Part shown: piece after piece, positions 17,961-27,800 of the stretch | Position numbering within the stretch: the stretch's first letter is position 1 | Layout of the letters: every line of letters begins with the position of its first letter | Assembly: GCA_965262305.1 (NCBI GenBank) | Contig: CBDHEY010000002.1 | Coordinates: 657,135-721,134, forward strand | Direction: 5' to 3' | Source: Cellvibrionaceae bacterium | GTDB taxonomy: Bacteria > Pseudomonadota > Gammaproteobacteria > Pseudomonadales > Cellvibrionaceae | Length of the DNA stretch: 64,000 nt | Translations under genes and position numbers: made by a program | Notes under the pieces: generated by a model | Told to the model about the DNA's origin: nothing | Databases searched by the model: none | The model's input: only the letters and a program-made list of their open reading frames with translations

Positions 17961-19880
17961 ATGATTAGGATTAAAAACACTGCGATTGTCATGTCAATGA
18001 CGGCCCTTATTTTAGCTGGATGTGGTGGAGATGACGACGATTCAAATGCTGAACCAATTGAAATCACCATTTTGCATATGAATGATCATCACTCCCACCT
18101 TTCTGCTGAAGATTTTGACTTTGATACATCGTCATTAAACTTGAGTACGACAGTTGAGGGAGGCGCAGCTGTTGAAGAGGTTGAGGTTACCTATGGTGGA
18201 TTTCCCATGATGGTGAGCCTTTTTGAAAGCCTTGAAGCGGAGAGTGAAAATGTATTAAAACTTCATGCGGGAGATGCGATCACTGGCACGCTATTTTATT
18301 CCTTGTTTGAAGGAGAAGCCGACGCGGCAATGATGAACCAAATATGCTTTGATGCATTTGCGTTGGGTAATCATGAGTTTGATGATGGTGATGCGGGATT
18401 GGCAGAATTCCTCGGAGATCTTGATACCGCAGACTGCGATACTCCTGTGTTAGCTGCTAACGTTGTTCCTGGGGAAAACTCAGCGATTGCAGACGGTTTT
18501 ATCGAGCCCTATACGATCATTGAGCGAGATGGTCAAGAGATTGGTATTATTGGAATTGATATTGCTAACAAGACAAAAAACTCTTCGAGCCCAGATGAAG
18601 ATACGCAGTTTTTAGATGAAACAGCAACGGCGCAAGAAAATATTGATATTCTTGAAGATATGGGAGTCAATAAAATAATATTATTGACTCACTTCCAATA
18701 TGCAAATGACTTAGTACTCGCACAAGCTTTAAGAGGTGTTGATGTTATCGTTGGTGGCGACTCTCACACTTTACTTGGTGGTGAAAATCTTGAAACGCTC
18801 GGGTTTTCTCCATCCGCGGACTACCCGACACAAGTAACAAATCTAGATGGCGAACCTGTTTGTGTTGTGCAGGCTTGGGAATATGCTCATATTCTAGGAA
18901 AGTTGGATGTAAGCTTCGATGAAAATGGTGTCGTGACTTCGTGTTCTGGCCAACCTTATATGCCAATTGCAAACAATTTTGTTTATGAGTTTAACGATGA
19001 TGAAGATCTATCGTTGGAAGGCTCCGACCAGCAAGCAGTACTTGATGCGCTCACCGCTTTCCCCGAATTAGTTTTTACTGAAGCTGATGTGGCGACAACA
19101 GAGTTATTGGCAGGTTTTAATAGTCAGGTAGAAACGCTACAAGAACGAGTCATTGGTTCAGCTAATGAAGATTTGTGTTTGGAGCGTTTTCCAGGTCAAG
19201 GACGTTCATCAATAGAAGGCTGTTCCGAAGACACATACGCACAAGGCAGTGATATTTCAAATATTGTTGCTAAAGCGTTTTTGACTGTTACTCCAACTGC
19301 AGATATTGCAATACAAAATGGTGGCGGTGTTCGTGAAGATGTCGAAGCTGGAGAATACACTATAGCAGACGCATTTACGCTACTTCCATTTTCCAACACG
19401 CTTGTAGTATTGGATCTTACTGGTCAGCAAATTCTTGATGTTTTAGAAGAAGCCCTCGCGTTTGGTCTTGATCCCGAAGGCTCAACGGGCGCTTATCCTT
19501 ATGCTTCAGGACTGCGTTATGATGTCAATGCATCTTTGACCGAGGGAAGTCGATTTAGCAATGTTCAAGTGAATTCTCGACTTGAGGGGGATTGGGTTGA
19601 TATTGATCCTACGGCTACCTATAAAGTAGTAACTAATAATTTTATTGCAGCAGGGCGTGATGGGTATGCTACTTTTGGTGTGGTTTCCAATGCAGGTAAT
19701 TTTGAAGATACATTTACCGAGTATGCACAAGGTTTTATAAATTACGTGGAAGGTTTGACAGAAAGTAACGAACAGCTGCAACGCTTACCAGCAGAGGAAT
19801 ATTCAACACAATCTTATGTTGACTCCGGTGGTTGTGATCACAGTGCGTCTGATGATTGTGCTGGTGATGGTAACCTGTAA
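17961..19880 (+). CDS. Bifunctional metallophosphoesterase/5'-nucleotidase family lipoprotein (UshA-like)
   Basis: Lipoprotein signal (LILAGCGG). Calcineurin-like phosphoesterase motifs (LHMNDHHSH, GNHEFDDG). C-terminal 5'-nucleotidase substrate-binding domain. Asp-rich N-terminal linker and Cys-rich C-terminal tail. Confidence 0.8.
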   Translation: MIRIKNTAIVMSMTALILAGCGGDDDDSNAEPIEITILHMNDHHSHLSAEDFDFDTSSLNLSTTVEGGAAVEEVEVTYGGFPMMVSLFESLEAESENVLKLHAGDAITGTLFYSLFEGEADAAMMNQICFDAFALGNHEFDDGDAGLAEFLGDLDTADCDTPVLAANVVPGENSAIADGFIEPYTIIERDGQEIGIIGIDIANKTKNSSSPDEDTQFLDETATAQENIDILEDMGVNKIILLTHFQYANDLVLAQALRGVDVIVGGDSHTLLGGENLETLGFSPSADYPTQVTNLDGEPVCVVQAWEYAHILGKLDVSFDENGVVTSCSGQPYMPIANNFVYEFNDDEDLSLEGSDQQAVLDALTAFPELVFTEADVATTELLAGFNSQVETLQERVIGSANEDLCLERFPGQGRSSIEGCSEDTYAQGSDISNIVAKAFLTVTPTADIAIQNGGGVREDVEAGEYTIADAFTLLPFSNTLVVLDLTGQQILDVLEEALAFGLDPEGSTGAYPYASGLRYDVNASLTEGSRFSNVQVNSRLEGDWVDIDPTATYKVVTNNFIAAGRDGYATFGVVSNAGNFEDTFTEYAQGFINYVEGLTESNEQLQRLPAEEYSTQSYVDSGGCDHSASDDCAGDGNL

Positions 19881-19973
19881 ATCTTTAACAGATATCAACT
19901 AGTGCTACTGGTAAAATATAAATAGTTGGTATCTTGTCTCTAGTTTATTTTTTCGCGAATTATTTATAAAATG

Positions 19974-20001
19974 AGCGCCTTTATACGAGGTGCTTTTTTA
20001 T
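19974..20001 (+). terminator. Rho-independent terminator after the nucleotidase gene
   Basis: AGCGCCT-ttatacg-AGGTGCT: a 7-bp stem with one G-U pair, followed by TTTTTTA. Confidence 0.6.
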
Positions 20002-20030
20002 AAATATATCTAAAGTTATCGGGCTTTTAG

Positions 20031-21017
20031 TTAACTCTTAAAGTTAACGATTTCCTCCCCATGTGCTTGCTTATCAGCATGGTAAGAAGAGCGCACAAGT
20101 GGGCCACATGCCGCATGAGTGAAGCCTAAATCTTTAGCCGCTTGAGTGTATTCGTCAAATTCTGCAGGTTCAACATAACGCTTTACAGGGAGATGTTCTT
20201 TAGATGGTTGCAGATACTGCCCAATTGTTAGCATGTCAATATCATGATCGCGCATGTCTTTTAATACTTCAATAATCTCATCTTTGGTTTCGCCGAGACC
20301 CACCATAAGCCCTGATTTTGTCAGTACGTCTGGCCGTTGAGCTTTGTATTTTTGAAGTAATTGCAATGACCATTTGTAATTGGCTCCAGGTCTTGCTTCG
20401 CGATATAAACGAGGAATTGTTTCTAGATTATGATTAAATACATCTGGGGGTGTTTCAGACAGAATATCAAGTGCGATATCCATTCGGCCACGAAAATCAG
20501 GTGTTAATATTTCCACCTGTAAATTGGGAGAAAGCCGTTTGGATTCTCTAATGCAATCAGCAAAATGTTGAGCGCCACCATCACGCAAGTCGTCGCGATC
20601 TACAGACGTTATTACAACATATTTTAATTTTAATTCCGCAATGGCTTCTGCTAGGTGTGAGGGTTCGTCTTGATCGAGAGGGTTCGGTTTACCGTGCCCA
20701 ACATCGCAAAAAGGGCAACGGCGAGTACAAATGTCCCCCATAATCATAAATGTCGCAGTACCACCGCCAAAGCACTCGCTTAAATTTGGGCAGTTAGCTT
20801 CTTCACAAACTGTAGATAGTTTATTTTTACGAAGTAACGATTTAATGCGGTTTACTTCTGGGGAATTACCAATACGAATGCGTATCCAATCAGGCTTTTT
20901 TAGTGTCTGATCACTGGCGATAACTTTTACTGGAATACGTTCTACCTTATCGCCATCGCGAAGCTTTTCGCCCTGTTTTATCCGGCGTGTGCGTTTTACG
21001 GGAATAGAATCTGTCAT
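20031..21017 (-). CDS. lipA: Lipoyl synthase
   Basis: Radical-SAM CxxxCxxC (CTRRCPFC) plus a second Cys cluster ([12 protein letters not shown]). 328 aa. Confidence 0.95.
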   Translation of the reverse strand: MTDSIPVKRTRRIKQGEKLRDGDKVERIPVKVIASDQTLKKPDWIRIRIGNSPEVNRIKSLLRKNKLSTVCEEANCPNLSECFGGGTATFMIMGDICTRRCPFCDVGHGKPNPLDQDEPSHLAEAIAELKLKYVVITSVDRDDLRDGGAQHFADCIRESKRLSPNLQVEILTPDFRGRMDIALDILSETPPDVFNHNLETIPRLYREARPGANYKWSLQLLQKYKAQRPDVLTKSGLMVGLGETKDEIIEVLKDMRDHDIDMLTIGQYLQPSKEHLPVKRYVEPAEFDEYTQAAKDLGFTHAACGPLVRSSYHADKQAHGEEIVNFKS

Positions 21018-21045
21018 AGTCTATCTCTACAATTCATTATCAATA

Positions 21046-21681
21046 TCATTGTTCGTTTAGGGCTCTATCTCTGAGTAATACGAGCTGCTGTTCAAAATAA
21101 GCGACAAATTTATTCCCTATACTAAACGTGTCTTCGTTATGTAATTCGAAATGGTCGCGGATCTGAGTCATTTTTAGTTGCGCAAAACCACAAGGATTAA
21201 TGCGATTAAATGGTTCCAAATCCATATCAACATTGATCGCTATTCCATGAAAACTATAGCCTTTACGGACCCTTAGGCCAAGAGAAGCTATTTTTTCGTC
21301 GTCCACATAAACACCTGGAGCATCAGGTTTTGCGTTTGATTTAATATTTAAACTCCGAAGAAGTTCAATGGTTGCATTTTCTAATGCGTTTACTAAATCT
21401 CTTACTCCAATTTTTAATCGCTTAATATCTAGCAGTGGGTATATAACAATTTGACCTGGACCATGATAGGTTACTTGTCCACCTCGATCTGATTTAACTA
21501 TTGGAATCTTTCCCGGACACAATACATGTTCAGGTTTTCCTGCTTGTCCTTGAGTAAAAACAGGCTGATGCTCCACTAACCACACTTCATCTGATGTGTG
21601 TTTATCTCTCGAATGAGTAAATGTTTTCATGTCTTGCCAGACATGTTCATAATCTTGTTTACCCAGTTCTTTTGTGATCAT
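21046..21681 (-). CDS. lipB: Octanoyl-[ACP]:protein N-octanoyltransferase
   Basis: [13 protein letters not shown] motif. Position between ybeD and lipA. Confidence 0.92.
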   Translation of the reverse strand: MITKELGKQDYEHVWQDMKTFTHSRDKHTSDEVWLVEHQPVFTQGQAGKPEHVLCPGKIPIVKSDRGGQVTYHGPGQIVIYPLLDIKRLKIGVRDLVNALENATIELLRSLNIKSNAKPDAPGVYVDDEKIASLGLRVRKGYSFHGIAINVDMDLEPFNRINPCGFAQLKMTQIRDHFELHNEDTFSIGNKFVAYFEQQLVLLRDRALNEQ

Positions 21682-21717
21682 TAACAGTTTGTGTTAAGTA
21701 CGATTGATAGAAATTTT

Positions 21718-21990
21718 TTAAAAGACCATTCGAGTTTCTTTAATTTTCTTAAGATCCTCATGAATTGCTTGAAGTTGTTGAATACCTGTTGCAGTGATAA
21801 ATACAGTAATGGAAAAAAATGTGCCTTTGTTACTATCTCGCGTGGTGGTTTTTGTTCGATCAAATCCTGGAGCGTGCTCATCAAACACGGAATAAACGCT
21901 ATCCATAAAACTATCAGCGGATTCGCCAATAATTTTTATTGGATAGTTTTCACATGGAAATTCTATTTTAGGTGGTTCTTTATCTGTCAT
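21718..21990 (-). CDS. ybeD: UPF0250/DUF493 protein YbeD
   Basis: 90-aa FPC.Y.IK.IG family member. Conserved dac-ybeD-lipB context. Confidence 0.85.
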   Translation of the reverse strand: MTDKEPPKIEFPCENYPIKIIGESADSFMDSVYSVFDEHAPGFDRTKTTTRDSNKGTFFSITVFITATGIQQLQAIHEDLKKIKETRMVF

Positions 21991-21997
21991 GAAATAA

Positions 21998-23179
21998 CTA
22001 GTTCGGGCCTGTAATCATTAACATGATAGAGTCATAAGTCCTCGAAATAAAACCCGCTTGCTCTACCGTTGTTTGGGCAACTATATCTTGTTCTGTTATT
22101 AGTTCATCGCCGAGTTTTACAATTAGTTTTCCAAGTACTTGGCCTTTTGCTATAGGCGCTTTTATCACGGTATCAATTTGAGTTTCGGCTTGAAGGTTTT
22201 TTTTACTATCACGTGGGATAGTTGCGATCACATCTTTTTTGACGCCTAAACTAATTTCTTTTGTAACGCCACCCCAAACACGTTCTGTTGCAAGTGAGTC
22301 TGCAGCACCATAAAGTGTATCTGTCTGAAAGTTTCTAAACCCATAGACCAGTAATCGTTGTGATTCAGCTGCGCGAGACTGCTTTGATTTTGTCCCCATC
22401 ACCACCGCAATCAAACGCATGTCGTTTTGCTTAGCAGAAGAGACCAAACAGTACCCGGCTTCTTCTGTGTGACCTGTTTTTAATCCATCAACAAACTTAT
22501 TGCTGAAAAGCAATTTATTTCTATTAGGCTGGTTTATACCGTTGTATTTAAAATAACGCTCAGCGTAAATTGAATAGTGTTCTGGGTGATCTTGCACAAC
22601 CGCCTGTGCTAATAGTGCAAGATCTCTTGCAGTACTTACATGTCCCTCGGCCGGCCAACCAGTTGAGTTTACGAAATGCGTATCGCGCATTCCCAATAAT
22701 TTAGCTTGTTGATTCATAATATCAGCAAACGCATCTTCGCTGCCCGCGATATGCTCTGCGAGCGCAATAGATGCATCGTTACCGGATTGAATAATAACGC
22801 CCCTCATCAAGTCAATCACACTTACTTGGGTCCGTGGCTCCAAAAACATTGTCGAACTACCACTCTTAGTACCGCCGCGGCGCCATGCATCATCACTGAT
22901 TGTAACTAGTTCATTCTCTTTAACTCTCCCAGCGGCGATTTCTTCTGAAACAATATAGCTGGTCATCATCTTAGTTAAACTTGCTGGGGGGAGGGCGAGG
23001 TCTGCGTTGTTCTCAACGAGTACTTTGCCTGTGGTGGCGTCCATCAAAAAATAGGATTTAGCCGCTAGTTCGGGTGCTGATGGGATAATAACCTGTGACG
23101 AATACACGTTTTGACTGAAAAGGACGAAAACCCCCACTAACCATGATTGAATTAGCGGATTTTTAAATTGAGAACTCAT
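21998..23179 (-). CDS. D-alanyl-D-alanine carboxypeptidase (PBP5/6 family, DacA/DacC)
   Basis: SLTKMM (SxxK), SGN and KTG motifs. Signal peptide. The C-terminal beta-sandwich domain is present. Confidence 0.9.
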   Translation of the reverse strand: MSSQFKNPLIQSWLVGVFVLFSQNVYSSQVIIPSAPELAAKSYFLMDATTGKVLVENNADLALPPASLTKMMTSYIVSEEIAAGRVKENELVTISDDAWRRGGTKSGSSTMFLEPRTQVSVIDLMRGVIIQSGNDASIALAEHIAGSEDAFADIMNQQAKLLGMRDTHFVNSTGWPAEGHVSTARDLALLAQAVVQDHPEHYSIYAERYFKYNGINQPNRNKLLFSNKFVDGLKTGHTEEAGYCLVSSAKQNDMRLIAVVMGTKSKQSRAAESQRLLVYGFRNFQTDTLYGAADSLATERVWGGVTKEISLGVKKDVIATIPRDSKKNLQAETQIDTVIKAPIAKGQVLGKLIVKLGDELITEQDIVAQTTVEQAGFISRTYDSIMLMITGPN

Positions 23180-23312
23180 TGATTACTTGAACCTTAATGC
23201 CTGCTTAATTTTGTATTTTAAAGAAAAAGAGGAAGAATTACTGATTAACGGGACAAAGACGTCATTGTACCAGAAATCTATACATATTCCTCAAGCTTGA
23301 ATTTTGAGGTAA

Positions 23313-24206
23313 TCACCTGTCGATTTGACGTTTATTTGATCTGTAGACGACATGAGGCGGAGGGTAATTCTTGAGTAGTAGTGCCTGACGGAACTTCTGC
23401 AATTCAGCATTGTTATCAAATGGGCCTACCTGAACTTTAAATAGTGGCGACCGTGATTGGGATTCGTTCACACCGGGAAAAAGGACATCGATTGGGTAGT
23501 GGGTTATATTCCTTAATTCTGCTTTGAGCGCATCGGCGTGTGAAAGATTGCTGAATGCGCCAACTTGGAGGTAGGTGTTTTCTGGCAGTTGGAATCCTGC
23601 TGAGTTCTTGGGCATTGGCGCCAGTTTTTCGGATTTATGCTTTTCATCTAAAGGTTTTTCGGGCGTATTTGCCGATTTGTATGTTTTGGGGTCAATATAG
23701 GTAACTAAGACTTTGGCGGTACCTTTTTCCACAAAACCGAGTTTCTTCGCAGCAGAGTAAGTAAGGTCAATCACCCTTTCATCGTGAAATGGCCCTCTAT
23801 CATTGATACGTACGATAACTGAAAGGTTATTTTCGGTATTTGTGACTCTAACATACGATGGAATGGGTAATGTTTTGTGAGCTGCCGTCATACCGTACAT
23901 ATTGTATATTTCGCCATTCGACGTTCGCCTACCATGAAACTTTCGCCCATACCACGAGGCTATGCCTGTTTCGCTATAGTCTTTTGGGGATTTAATAATA
24001 TGGTAAGTCTTTCCTCTTACTTTGTACGGGCTTTTATTCCCAGATTGGCTTAGGGGTTCCATCATTGGAACCGCATCTGGAATATGATCAACCCGAAGGG
24101 GTTCTTCCGGGTAGCTGTCTTTCTCTTCCACTACTCCGTAGAATTCGCAACCTGAAAATAAAACGCCTGATAAAAGCGTCAAAATTATTTTGCGCGAACG
24201 CGTCAT
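23313..24206 (-). CDS. rlpA: Septal ring lytic transglycosylase RlpA (DPBB domain plus C-terminal SPOR domain)
   Basis: Lipoprotein signal (LSGVLFSGC). ASWYG...HG..TSNGE DPBB motif. C-terminal SPOR-like region. Confidence 0.88.
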   Translation of the reverse strand: MTRSRKIILTLLSGVLFSGCEFYGVVEEKDSYPEEPLRVDHIPDAVPMMEPLSQSGNKSPYKVRGKTYHIIKSPKDYSETGIASWYGRKFHGRRTSNGEIYNMYGMTAAHKTLPIPSYVRVTNTENNLSVIVRINDRGPFHDERVIDLTYSAAKKLGFVEKGTAKVLVTYIDPKTYKSANTPEKPLDEKHKSEKLAPMPKNSAGFQLPENTYLQVGAFSNLSHADALKAELRNITHYPIDVLFPGVNESQSRSPLFKVQVGPFDNNAELQKFRQALLLKNYPPPHVVYRSNKRQIDR

Positions 24207-24224
24207 TCGATTCTCATCCTTAGT

Positions 24225-24788
24225 TTATTTCGCCTTCTTTACCTTAGACTTGCGAGCGGATGTGTGCCACAAATAAGCGAAAATTACTCCGCCCAATGCG
24301 CCACCTATGTGCGCTTCGAAAGAAATGTACGCTGACACTGGTAACAACCCATAAATCATGCCACCTTCTAGTAATATCACAAGAGTTGCGTACAAAACAT
24401 AGACAATTTTTTTTTCGAAAAATGCCCTAAATATTATTAGCGTCCACATTCCAAATATTACGCCACTGGCTCCTATGTGGATTCCTGGGCGCGCGACGAG
24501 CCACACAAATAGGCCACTGAATAGCGCCAAAAAAATCAAACTACTATAAAAATAGGTTTTACCCAAACCTACTAAGAAAAATGAAAAAAGTAAAAAGCCT
24601 ATTGAATTCGAAAGTAGATGTTCAATATTACCATGAAGAAATGGCGCACTTAACACATAAAATAGGTGCTCATTAGATCTGGGCAAAACACCGAAACGAC
24701 TTAAGTTCAGTGAGAAGTAATGATCCACAATAAATACGAGAATTAAAATCAATACGATGTTTATTGCCGTGCGATAGTTTTTTAGCAA
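24225..24788 (-). CDS. Rhomboid-family intramembrane serine protease
   Basis: Six TM helices with the catalytic GASGVIFG (GxSG) and AHIGGALGG (His) motifs. 187 aa. It is the last gene of the mltB-rlpA insertion. Confidence 0.8.
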   Translation of the reverse strand: MLKNYRTAINIVLILILVFIVDHYFSLNLSRFGVLPRSNEHLFYVLSAPFLHGNIEHLLSNSIGFLLFSFFLVGLGKTYFYSSLIFLALFSGLFVWLVARPGIHIGASGVIFGMWTLIIFRAFFEKKIVYVLYATLVILLEGGMIYGLLPVSAYISFEAHIGGALGGVIFAYLWHTSARKSKVKKAK

Positions 24789-24858
24789 TTCGGCTCCAAT
24801 GGAGTTTTACTTATTTAAAAGTGCTTAAGCTTTAAAATAGTTGAATAATCAACTCAAA

Positions 24859-27800
24859 CTAGCTGTTGAACGTTTGTTGGGTTGATGTGGTTTCAACATC
24901 AATTTTTCGCAGTTCTTCTAATACTTGTTGCATTTTGTCATGCGTTCTTAAATCGATTTCTAACTTCTTATCCATACTTCTAACGAGTGGGAAGATACTT
25001 TCTTCAATTGTTTTGGCAAGTGTATTTAATATTTTATCAATTCCTGGAACGGGTTGGTTAACAACCTCGATGTTTGTTGTATTGGGTGTTGTTTTTTCTT
25101 GTGCGGTTGAAAGTTTTCGTAAACTGGCTTCGATCTGTTGAAGCTCTCTTATACCAGCTTTTTGCATATCGTTAGATGCTGTTGATTTCGCTACTTCTGT
25201 TAATGTCGAAATGTTATTTGCCAAATCAATAAGTTGTGCGACGACGCGTCCACCTATATCGGCACTGTCACCACCCATTGCTTTATTTCTCATAAAGTCT
25301 TCTTTTATTTGCTCCCAGCGCACGCGAGACTTATCTGAAAACTGATTTCTTAACTCTTCTAGTTTTAAGAGGTTAGCTTCCGCGCCGGTTGTAAGCATTT
25401 GAGCCTCACCAAGATAATGATCTTCGATCAGTTGCTGGAGCTCATTTTCATTCATTACAGAAGATACTTTCTCGGCCATCTTGTTCATGTTTCGATAGCT
25501 ACCTTGGAGTTTAAATGGTGGTTCAGTCCTATATTTATCATCTTGCGCTGCAGATGCGATATATTCTAAGTTGATTTTTAATATTACATCTTGAATGACA
25601 AAAAGCTTTTTCAGTACTGATGTTATTTCGTTCACCTCGGCCACCGAATATTGGTGGTTCAGTTCCGAAGTTACGATATTTTTCCCTTTAGCTAAATCGA
25701 TTAGCTTATATATATCTGACATTTCTCTAGTCGCTAAAGGCGCAAGAATTGCGTTAGACGTTAAGCTGTTTTCGATGTAACTCAATGCAAATTGTTCGTC
25801 CATACCGCCAAGAATATCGCCAAGGTTATAAATATCTGCACGGTTAGCCAACATATCTGGTACTTTGAATGCTTCGCCAGCTTCCGTGTAAGGGTTACCA
25901 GCCATGACAACGCAGAATTTTTTGCCTCTCATGTCATAGGTTTTAGTTTCATTTGCCCAAACCCCTTCAATACGTCTTGTACCATCGCAAAGAGAGATAA
26001 ATTTCTGTAAAAATTCTGGATGGGTATGTTGAATATCGTCGAGATAAAGCATAACGTTGTTACCCATCTCGAACGCAAGATTTACTTTCAATAATTCTTG
26101 TTTAGCTGTCGCGTTTGGTGCCTGTGATGGATCCAGGCTCAAAACATCATGTCCAAGGGAAGGGCAATTGATTTTCATGAAAATTAGCCCTAGACGATTT
26201 GCTACGTATTCCATTAACGTCGTTTTCCCATATCCGGGTGGAGAAATCATCATTAACAATCCCATTAGATCTGATCTTTTGTTTTCTCCAACGGTGCCCA
26301 TTTGTTTCGCTAAGTTATCACCGATTAACGGTAAATATGATTCATTCACTAGTCGATTACGTACGAAAGAACTAAGCGGCCGAGGTTTGTATTGATCTAG
26401 CCTCAGGTTACTCTTTTCTTGATTAATGAGTTTTTGGCGACAATGTAAATAATTTCGATATCCTAATACAGTTTCTGTTGCGTGGGTCTCCAACCTTAGT
26501 AGAAACTCATCGAGGTCAAATTTAAGGGATTGGTTCTGGATCGTTTCATGGTTACCTAGCAAGCCCGAAGCCGTGGTTTTGAGATCAATTTCGGTGTTCC
26601 TTCTTTCAATTCTCTCTTCGGTATTAATGAGTGCAATTGCTTCCGGAATATATCGCTCTAGATGTTTGAGTGATTTATCTGCGACTAGAGCTTTCAACCA
26701 GGCTTCTGTGAGTTGCCATCTTTCTGCTGGCCAACCGAGCATTTTTTCCAGCGATGTTTGTAGTTTTCGCCAGGCAGTTTCGCTCATTTCAAGTTTTAGC
26801 TGATCAACAAGTTCTCTAGCATACTTGCTTGATACAAATTCCATACGATCTCTGCTAAGTTCTTCCGTTAAGTATTCTGCGCTTCGGCGGATCGTAATGC
26901 TCGTAATATCAATAGAGTGCTTTCCTATGAATTCATTTAATGCTGATTCAATTTCATTCTCAAGTAAATTTTTCGCCATATTGCTAGCAAAAATATCGCG
27001 CATTTGCGAAGCTGTGATCGAGCGATCCCTCCAAGTTTCATAACTTAGTTGAGAATCAGAAAGTTTAGTGTTCTGCTTAAGTCGAGTAACATACTTAATA
27101 TTTGCCCAAAATATTTGGGCTATTGCGCGTGATTCTGGATCAAATTTCAATAATTCGGCATTGGTGAGAACGGGATAAATTGCCTTTATTATTTGAGCCG
27201 CGTCAAAATCGTGTATGCCTTTTTCGTAACCTTCTTTATAGAGCGGCGTAGCGAAATCTCTTACATGACTTAGTAGCAATTTTTCATCATTTATTAGCGC
27301 ACCCAGTTTGTTACTTTTCGGACTTTTTAATATTTGATATGCAAGATACTCAGCGCGATAGACGTGAGGTGATTCCGATTCTATGTTTAGATCCCAAAAA
27401 TCGCTTAGATTGTTTAGCGCAATGTCCGTGACGAGTTCGTAATAGTCTGTGCCCGATAGATGGAAATAGAGTTGATTGTTTCGAGGAATAATCGTGAGAT
27501 CAAGCTCTTGGGTATTAACACTAAACCTATGACGAGGTCCAAGTTTTATTACTTTTCCACCATCCTCATAAATATCAGCTTTGTCCCTTAATGATCTAAA
27601 GGCATTGTCTTTTAAGTGTTTTATTTTTGCACTAATGTCGTCAGCTTTAACGCTACTAGAAAGTGAATTTAGCTGATCAACCATTTCATTTATTTTTAAT
27701 ACAAGTGCATCTGACGCAAAATAAGTATTAAGCTCGTCTTGCTCTTTAAATTTCAGTATTCTCCGATCTATGCTCGCCAATATGCGCTCAGCCGCATCAA

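Noticed and set aside
21681-22014. 82-aa and 107-aa ORFs overlapping ybeD
   Set aside because: They overlap the well-supported ybeD ORF (DUF493, conserved dac-ybeD-lipB synteny) on the opposite strand or in another frame. They have no RBS or motif support.
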